Shown: piece after piece, positions 58,193-64,000 of the stretch
Layout: each line of letters begins with the position of its first letter
How positions within the stretch are numbered: position 1 is the stretch's first letter
Origin: Chloroflexota bacterium
Lineage (GTDB): Bacteria; Chloroflexota; UBA11872; VXOZ01
Length of the DNA: 64,000 nt
NCBI GenBank assembly: GCA_963663275.1
Contig: OY760183.1
Span: 2,944,001-3,008,000 of the forward strand
Direction: 5' to 3'
Translations under genes and position numbers: made by a program
The notes under the pieces: model-generated
What the model was told of the DNA's origin: nothing
Database searches by the model: none
The model's input: only the letters and a program-made list of their open reading frames with translations

Positions 58193-59134
58193 ATGATGAA
58201 TATGGCTCGCTTGGCGAAAGTCGCCGTCTGTTCCACGCCGAATACGGTCCTGGGCGAGAGTGACGAAGAACGGCACGAGTTTAATCTACGCAAAGCTGAG
58301 GAATTGCTCCACGAGGCCGCGGCGCAAGGCGCGGACATTGCCTGTTTGCCGGAGGCGTTTCCCGTGCGCGGCATCAACACCGGCGGTACCGACGACCGCT
58401 GGTACGAACCCGTGCCCGGCGGTGAGACCTACCAGCGCATGGCGGCGGTCGCCCGGCAGCGCGGCATGTACGTTGTCGCGCCGATACTGGGCGTGGAGGA
58501 CGGCTTGCGCCGCAACGTGGCGCTGGTCATCGACCGCAACGGCGACTACGTCGGCGGCTACCACAAAGTCCACCTCACCGTCACTGAAGTTGAAGCGTGG
58601 GGCATCACCGCCGGTGACTCCTGGCCGGTTTTCGACCTCGATTTCGGCAAGATCGGCATCACCATCTGCTACGACGTGTTCTTCCCGGAGGGCTTCCGCA
58701 TCCTCGCCCTCAAAGGCGCCGACGTCATCTTCCATCCCACCATGTACAGCATGTACGGCGAGGTGGGCTGGGAGGCGGTGATCCAGTCCCGCGCCATCGA
58801 TAACTGCGTCTACGTCTGTCCGGTGAACTACGGCTTCACGGACCACGAACCCTGGATGCCGGGCATGTGCCTCAATCGCAGCAGCGTGATCGGGCCGGAC
58901 GGTATCGCTGTGGCCGACCGGGGCCGCTACTGGGGCGTGGCCGTGGCCGCGCTCGACCTGGACCGCCCGCGCATGGTCTACCGGGGCGGGTCAACCGGTC
59001 TCGCGAGCTTCCGTGAAGACGCCTGGAACCACCGCCGCCCGGATACCTACCGGGAACTCCTGGACTACGGGCATTGGGCCGACAATCCGAGCCAAACGCC
59101 GGCCGAGCGGTCTCCTGAGGAGACCTTTGCATAA
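58193..59134 (+). CDS. Carbon-nitrogen hydrolase (nitrilase superfamily)
   Basis: CLPE, YHKVH, ICYD catalytic E-K-C triad. Confidence 0.92.
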   Translation: MMNMARLAKVAVCSTPNTVLGESDEERHEFNLRKAEELLHEAAAQGADIACLPEAFPVRGINTGGTDDRWYEPVPGGETYQRMAAVARQRGMYVVAPILGVEDGLRRNVALVIDRNGDYVGGYHKVHLTVTEVEAWGITAGDSWPVFDLDFGKIGITICYDVFFPEGFRILALKGADVIFHPTMYSMYGEVGWEAVIQSRAIDNCVYVCPVNYGFTDHEPWMPGMCLNRSSVIGPDGIAVADRGRYWGVAVAALDLDRPRMVYRGGSTGLASFREDAWNHRRPDTYRELLDYGHWADNPSQTPAERSPEETFA

Positions 59135-59144
59135 CCCCTTCCCC
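59120..59144. mobile_element. Solo MITE-1 terminus
   Basis: GAGACCTTTGCATAACCCCTTCCCC, identical to 60757-60781. Confidence 0.8.
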
Positions 59145-59253
59145 TCCGTTGCGGTTTCCGCCCGAAAGAGAAATTCATTAATGCAACGGCAGACGCGCCC
59201 ATGCGTAGACGCATCGGCATCGAGGCAAAGGGTACAGCGAGGTGTCCGGCATC

Positions 59254-60756
59254 ATGAAGGTTGCTTGTGTGCTCATAACCCACCTGCGCGCCAAGTGCGA
59301 GTTGCGGCGGCAGCCCGCGTTGGCGGCGGCGCCGGCCGTCGTCGTCGACCGTTCGGACGGGGTTCCCCGGGTGGTTGACGTCTTGCCGGCCGCCGCCGGC
59401 GTAACGGCGGGCATGGCGTTGGCGGAAGCCCTTTCCCACAATCCCGACACCGTCGTCATCGAAGCCAACGAACCGGCGTACCGGCGGGTCTTCCGGCAGG
59501 CGCTGACCGCTCTGCAAGCGGTCAGCGACCGGGTGGAGCAGGCGGCGCTGGGCGTGGCGTACGCGCGTCTGGACGGGCTGGAGACTCTCTACGGCGGCGA
59601 AGAAAGGCTCGTTGCCGCCCTGCTGCGGGCCGTGCCCGCAGACCTCGCGCCGCGCGTGGGCGTGGCGGACGCCAAATTCCCCGCGCTGGTCGCGGCCCAA
59701 GCCGGCCGGGCGGGTGAAGTAACGCGGGTACCGGAGTATGCCGCCGCGTTCTTAGCGCCGCATCCGGTCACGCTGCTGCCGCTCCCGCCCGCGGCGCACG
59801 CCAGCCTGCAACGCTTCGGCTTGCGCACCTTGGGCGACGTGGCGGCCATGCGCGTCGACCAGCTCAGCGGCCAGTTCGGCGCCGACGGTACCCGGGCGTG
59901 GCAGCTTTGCCACGGCATCGACGACGAGCCGTTCATCCCTCTGAAACACGAGGAGTCCGTCACCGCGCGCGTTACGCTGCCGTTTGTCTCCTCCTCCCTG
60001 GAACTCTTGCTGGCGACGCTGGACGGCCTGCTGGAGAGCGCCTACGCCCGGCCGCGGATGCGGGGGCGTTGCGCTGGGCAGGTCACCATAGCGTGCGGCC
60101 TCTTCCGGGCGCCTGCGACGCAGTCGCAGCCGTCATGGGAGAGGGTAATCCACTTCAAGCATAGCGTCGGCCGCGAGGATGCGGCGCGCATTGTCAGAAG
60201 CCGTCTGGAGGCTGACTATCCACCCGCGCCCATCGAGGAAATAACGCTTACCCTGGCTAATCTGACCGGCGAGTCCGCCATACAACCGGGGCTGCTCCGT
60301 GATGCCCGCAAGGACAGAAGCGAGCGCCTGGTGGAGGCGGACCGGCAACTCCAAGCCCGCATGAAAGGCAAGCGCGCCCTCTTTCGCCTGGTGCACGTCG
60401 CGCCCTGGCACCCCGCGCCGGAGTTGCGCACGCTGCAAACGCCGCTCGATCCGGCGGTGAAAGACGGCAGCGTGTGCATCGAAGCGCCCGAAAAGCCGCT
60501 GGCGGCGCCTACGGCGGTGGAAGTGCGCACCGGCGCGGACAACCGGCCCGTGGCGGTGAGCTGCGCGCGCGCGGGGGCGCGCGAAAAGAACCGCTGGCGC
60601 CGGGTAGCCCGCATCGACGATCAGTGGTGCTTCGATCTCTGGTGGCTGGCCGCGCCGCTGACGCGCACCTACTACCGCATACGGCGGGCGGATGGGGTGC
60701 CGCTCACCCTGTTCCACGACCACAGGAACGGCGGTTGGTTCCGGCAAGCCGCGTAG
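59254..60756 (+). CDS. imuB: ImuB-like inactive Y-family polymerase
   Basis: GVTAGMALAEA, RVGVADAKFPA, FGLRTLGDVA; catalytic DE absent; C-terminal WW...RTYYR domain; upstream of dnaE2. Confidence 0.8.
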   Translation: MKVACVLITHLRAKCELRRQPALAAAPAVVVDRSDGVPRVVDVLPAAAGVTAGMALAEALSHNPDTVVIEANEPAYRRVFRQALTALQAVSDRVEQAALGVAYARLDGLETLYGGEERLVAALLRAVPADLAPRVGVADAKFPALVAAQAGRAGEVTRVPEYAAAFLAPHPVTLLPLPPAAHASLQRFGLRTLGDVAAMRVDQLSGQFGADGTRAWQLCHGIDDEPFIPLKHEESVTARVTLPFVSSSLELLLATLDGLLESAYARPRMRGRCAGQVTIACGLFRAPATQSQPSWERVIHFKHSVGREDAARIVRSRLEADYPPAPIEEITLTLANLTGESAIQPGLLRDARKDRSERLVEADRQLQARMKGKRALFRLVHVAPWHPAPELRTLQTPLDPAVKDGSVCIEAPEKPLAAPTAVEVRTGADNRPVAVSCARAGAREKNRWRRVARIDDQWCFDLWWLAAPLTRTYYRIRRADGVPLTLFHDHRNGGWFRQAA

Positions 60757-61072
60757 GAGACCTTTGCATAACCCCTTCCCCATCGAGGGCTGACAGGGGT
60801 AGGCATTCTACATCCGACTTCACGTGTCATTCCGAGCGGAGCGCAGCGGAGAGAGGAATCTAAGGCTTTCGCTGCAAAAACGTCGGTTCTAGATTCCTCG
60901 CTCCGCTCGGAATGACACTTGCCTACCCCTGTCAGCCCATCGAGGGGGAAGGTTGGGATGGGGGTGAAATGGCTTGACATCATGCCAAAGCTAGTTGTAA
61001 GAACACTCTGGATTCTGCGCTCCCGCACGGGAGCGGGCTTCCGCCGGAATGACGGAGTTACGTAAAGTTCTC
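60757..61072. mobile_element. MITE-1 (316 bp) with nested MITE-2
   Basis: TIRs GAGACCTTTGCATAAC / GTTACGTAAAGTTCTC; TSD CGTAG at 60752-60756 and 61073-61077. Confidence 0.9.
60787..60938. mobile_element. MITE-2 (152 bp)
   Basis: Perfect 19-bp TIR GGGCTGACAGGGGTAGGCA; TSD ATCGA at 60782-60786 and 60939-60943; internal GTCATTCCGAGCGG...GGAATCT inverted pair. Confidence 0.9.
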
Positions 61073-61085
61073 CGTAGGAACAGCC

Positions 61086-64000
61086 ATGTCTTCGCCAAAG
61101 CCGCCGTCCGCCGGTTATGTCGAGTTGCACGCCAAGAGTTTCTATTCCTTCGGCGTCGGCGCCTCCCACACGCACGAGTTGCTCGCCCAGGCCAAGGCGT
61201 TCGGGTACGGCGCGCTTGCCTTGACCGACACCAACCTCTGCGGGGCGCTGGAGTTCGCGCGCCTCGCCAACAGCCTGGAGATCCGGCCCATCACGGGTGG
61301 GGAACTGACCCTGCCGGACGGCGCGCGCATCGTCCTGCTGGCCAAGACGCGCGCGGGCTATGCCAACCTGTCGCGGCTGTTCACGCTGGCGAACGCCGTC
61401 GATCGCCGGGAGCCGCGGCTCGATCCGGCGCATCTGCCCCAACACGCCGCGGGCCTGATCCTGCTCACCGGCGGGCGCGGCGGGCCGCTGGCAAAACTGA
61501 TCGAGGCCGGACGCCACCAAACGGCGCTGGCGTTGTTAGAAGACTACGTGGAATGGTATGGCCGCGGCGCGGTGTACGTGGAGTTGCAGCAGAACTTTCT
61601 GCGCGGCGACACCAAGCGCAACAGCGAACTGGCGCGGCTTGCCGATGAGGCCGGCGTGCCCGTGGCGGCGACCAACGACGCGCTCTATCACGCGCCGGAG
61701 CGCTACCGGCTGCAGCACGCGCTGGAAGCCGCCAAGCGCAACCTCACCATCGACCAGGCGCTGCCCCACCTCAAACCCAACCATCACCTTCACCTGAAAC
61801 CCCACGCCGAGATGGAGCGAATCTTCGCGGGCTTGCCGGACGCCATCGGCAATACCGTCCGCATCGCGGAGCAGTGCGCCTTCGATCTCAGCGCCGACCT
61901 TGGCTACACCCTGCCCGATCCCGCCGTGCCGGAGGGCTTCACCCTGACACAGCACCTGCGCGCGCTCTGCGAGGCGGCGGCGGCGCGGCGCTACGGCGCG
62001 CTGACGGCACAAGTGCGGGCGCGCTTGGATGAGGAGTTCGACCTGATCGAGCGGCACAATCTGGCGGGCTTCCTGTTGCTGTACCGCGAGATTGTGGACA
62101 TCGCGCGGCAGATCATGGTGGAGCGCGGCCTGGTTGACCCCGAAACACCGCTGGAGGAGCGGCCGCCGGGGCGCGGGCGCGGCTCATCCGTGGCGCTTCT
62201 CGCCGGTTATCTCATCGGCATCAGCCACGTCGATCCGCTCAAGTGGAACCTCACCCTGGAGCGTTTCATCTCCGCCGACATGACCATGCTGCCCGACATC
62301 GACCTGGACTTCCCGCGCGAACTCAGAGACGCGCTGCTGGAGCGGGTGCACCGGCACTTTGGGCCGGAATACGCCGTGCTGGCCAGCGCCATCGCCACCT
62401 ATTCGGTCAAGGGCATCATCCAGGACCTGGGGAAAGCCCTGGGACTGCCCAAGGCAGACCTGTCGCTCCTTTCCAAGCAACTCCACTCGCACCAGGCCGG
62501 CAATCTCAAGGAAGAGATGCTGGCGCTGCCGGCTTTTCGGGAGAAAGTCACCGCCGCGGGCTGGCGCGACCTCATCGCGCTCGGCCCCGCGCTGATGGAC
62601 GCGCCCAAGGGCATCGGCCAGCACGTCGGCGGCATGATCCTGAGCGACACGCCTATTTCGGCGCTGGTACCCATCCGCGCCGGCGCCATGGAAGGCCGCT
62701 TCATCATGGACTGGAACAAGGACTCCGTGGCGGACGCCAACTTCGCCAAGATCGACCTCCTTTCCTTGCCCGTGCTCGACCAGATCGAAGAGGCGCTGAA
62801 CCTGATTGAAGCAAGCACCGGCGCGCGCCCGGACCTGAGCCGTATCGATCCCGAAGACCCCCAGGTGTACGGCATGATCAACGCGGGACGCTCCGTCGGC
62901 ATCTTCCTGCTCCAGTCGCCGGCGCAACTCAAGATGGGGCAGCGCCTGCGCTCTCAGAATCTGCTCGACCTGGCCTATCAGGTGGCGCTCATCCGTCCCG
63001 GCGTCGGCGTGCAGGGGAGCGCGGTCTCGCAGTTCGTGGAGCGGTACCGGCACGGCGTCGCCTGGGACTACGACCATCCCTTAGAAAAGCGCGCGCTGGA
63101 GCGGGGCTACGGCATCATCGTGTGGCAGGAGCAGGTGGTGCAACTCATCATGGACGTGGCCGGCATGACGGCGGCGCAAGCCGACGAGGTGCGGCGGGCC
63201 TTCACCAAGCCCAATAACGCCCACCTCATCGCCATGCACTGGCAACAATTTTTAAAAGGCTCTCAAAGTAGAGGAGTCTCTGAAGCAATTGCGCAGAAGA
63301 TCTTCGCCAAGATCAACGGCCACTACATGTTTCCGGAGAGCCACAGCCATGCGTTCGCCATCACCGCCTACCAGGCCGCCTGGCTGAAGCGCTACTATCC
63401 GCTGGAATTCTTCATCGGCCTGATGAACAACCAGCCCATGGGCTTCTATCCCCTGGAAACGCTCAAGCAGGATGCGCAGAGCTTTGGCGTGCCCTTTCTG
63501 AATCCGTGCGTGAACCGCAGCCAGGCGCGCTGCGTCCCCGCCGAGGGCGCGGTGCTGCTGGGTCTGCGGTTCGTCAAGGACGTAGGGGAAGAGGCGGCGC
63601 AGCGCATCGTCGCCGAACGGGAGAGCGGCGGCCCCTACACAGGAGCGGGCGACTTCGTGCGGCGGACGGGCGTAAAGCCCCAGGCGGTGCAATCGCTGGC
63701 GCTGGCGGGCGCGTTCGACATGATTACTGCGCTTTCAGTGAAAACGGCGCTTTCAGCGAAAACGGCGCCTCCGGCGAAAGCGCCGGCCGCAACCGTAGAT
63801 TATGCAACCGCAGGGCGCCGGAACCGGCGCGAGACGCTCTGGGCCGCCGGCCTTGCCATTCGTCCCGGCAAGCACGGGCAGCGCGCCTTTGCCATGGCGG
63901 CGCCGGACAGCGTGCCCCGCTTGGCGGACTTCAACGACTTCGAGCGCATGGTGGGCGAGTATGCCGTCATGGGCATCTACCCCAAGGGCCACCTGATGGA
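61086..64000 (+). CDS. dnaE2: Error-prone DNA polymerase III alpha DnaE2 (runs off window end)
   Basis: Manual translation (missing from the ORF track because there is no stop in the window): YVELHAKSFYSF, ALTD, GRGRGSS, PDIDLDF, GQHVGG, KIDLL, FPESHSHAF, NNQPMGFY. Confidence 0.9.
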   Translation, partial: MSSPKPPSAGYVELHAKSFYSFGVGASHTHELLAQAKAFGYGALALTDTNLCGALEFARLANSLEIRPITGGELTLPDGARIVLLAKTRAGYANLSRLFTLANAVDRREPRLDPAHLPQHAAGLILLTGGRGGPLAKLIEAGRHQTALALLEDYVEWYGRGAVYVELQQNFLRGDTKRNSELARLADEAGVPVAATNDALYHAPERYRLQHALEAAKRNLTIDQALPHLKPNHHLHLKPHAEMERIFAGLPDAIGNTVRIAEQCAFDLSADLGYTLPDPAVPEGFTLTQHLRALCEAAAARRYGALTAQVRARLDEEFDLIERHNLAGFLLLYREIVDIARQIMVERGLVDPETPLEERPPGRGRGSSVALLAGYLIGISHVDPLKWNLTLERFISADMTMLPDIDLDFPRELRDALLERVHRHFGPEYAVLASAIATYSVKGIIQDLGKALGLPKADLSLLSKQLHSHQAGNLKEEMLALPAFREKVTAAGWRDLIALGPALMDAPKGIGQHVGGMILSDTPISALVPIRAGAMEGRFIMDWNKDSVADANFAKIDLLSLPVLDQIEEALNLIEASTGARPDLSRIDPEDPQVYGMINAGRSVGIFLLQSPAQLKMGQRLRSQNLLDLAYQVALIRPGVGVQGSAVSQFVERYRHGVAWDYDHPLEKRALERGYGIIVWQEQVVQLIMDVAGMTAAQADEVRRAFTKPNNAHLIAMHWQQFLKGSQSRGVSEAIAQKIFAKINGHYMFPESHSHAFAITAYQAAWLKRYYPLEFFIGLMNNQPMGFYPLETLKQDAQSFGVPFLNPCVNRSQARCVPAEGAVLLGLRFVKDVGEEAAQRIVAERESGGPYTGAGDFVRRTGVKPQAVQSLALAGAFDMITALSVKTALSAKTAPPAKAPAATVDYATAGRRNRRETLWAAGLAIRPGKHGQRAFAMAAPDSVPRLADFNDFERMVGEYAVMGIYPKGHLM

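Overview
High-GC bacterial chromosomal window. The gene style suggests Chloroflexota, possibly a marine or sponge-associated lineage; this is inferred from DUF1640, PhyH, orphan Tat-lipoprotein solute-binding proteins and a stand-alone RND pump. Housekeeping genes: rpmE, pyrD, ftsY, ffh, nhaA, comM, hpt, ade, thrB, ispG. Other genes: oxidoreductases and hydrolases, two BNR/Asp-box propellers, an OmpR/BaeS-like two-component system, an RND pump, two ABC modules, a Phd-VapC toxin-antitoxin pair, an amidase + holin pair with no prophage around it, and an imuB-dnaE2 mutagenesis cassette lacking imuA (dnaE2 runs off the end). No rRNA, tRNA, true CRISPR array or transposase was recognised. The most striking signal is intergenic: a nested system of non-autonomous repeats. 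Three GTAG-type REP families occur singly, as tandem arrays and as BIME-like pairs. At least four MITE families show readable terminal inverted repeats (TIRs) and target-site duplications (TSDs). One MITE inserts into the centre of a REP (11-bp TSD) while carrying another copy of that REP. Another inserts into a hairpin loop inside a second MITE (5-bp TSD), and both the empty and filled alleles are present in this window. All protein calls come from motif recognition only; no database search was run.
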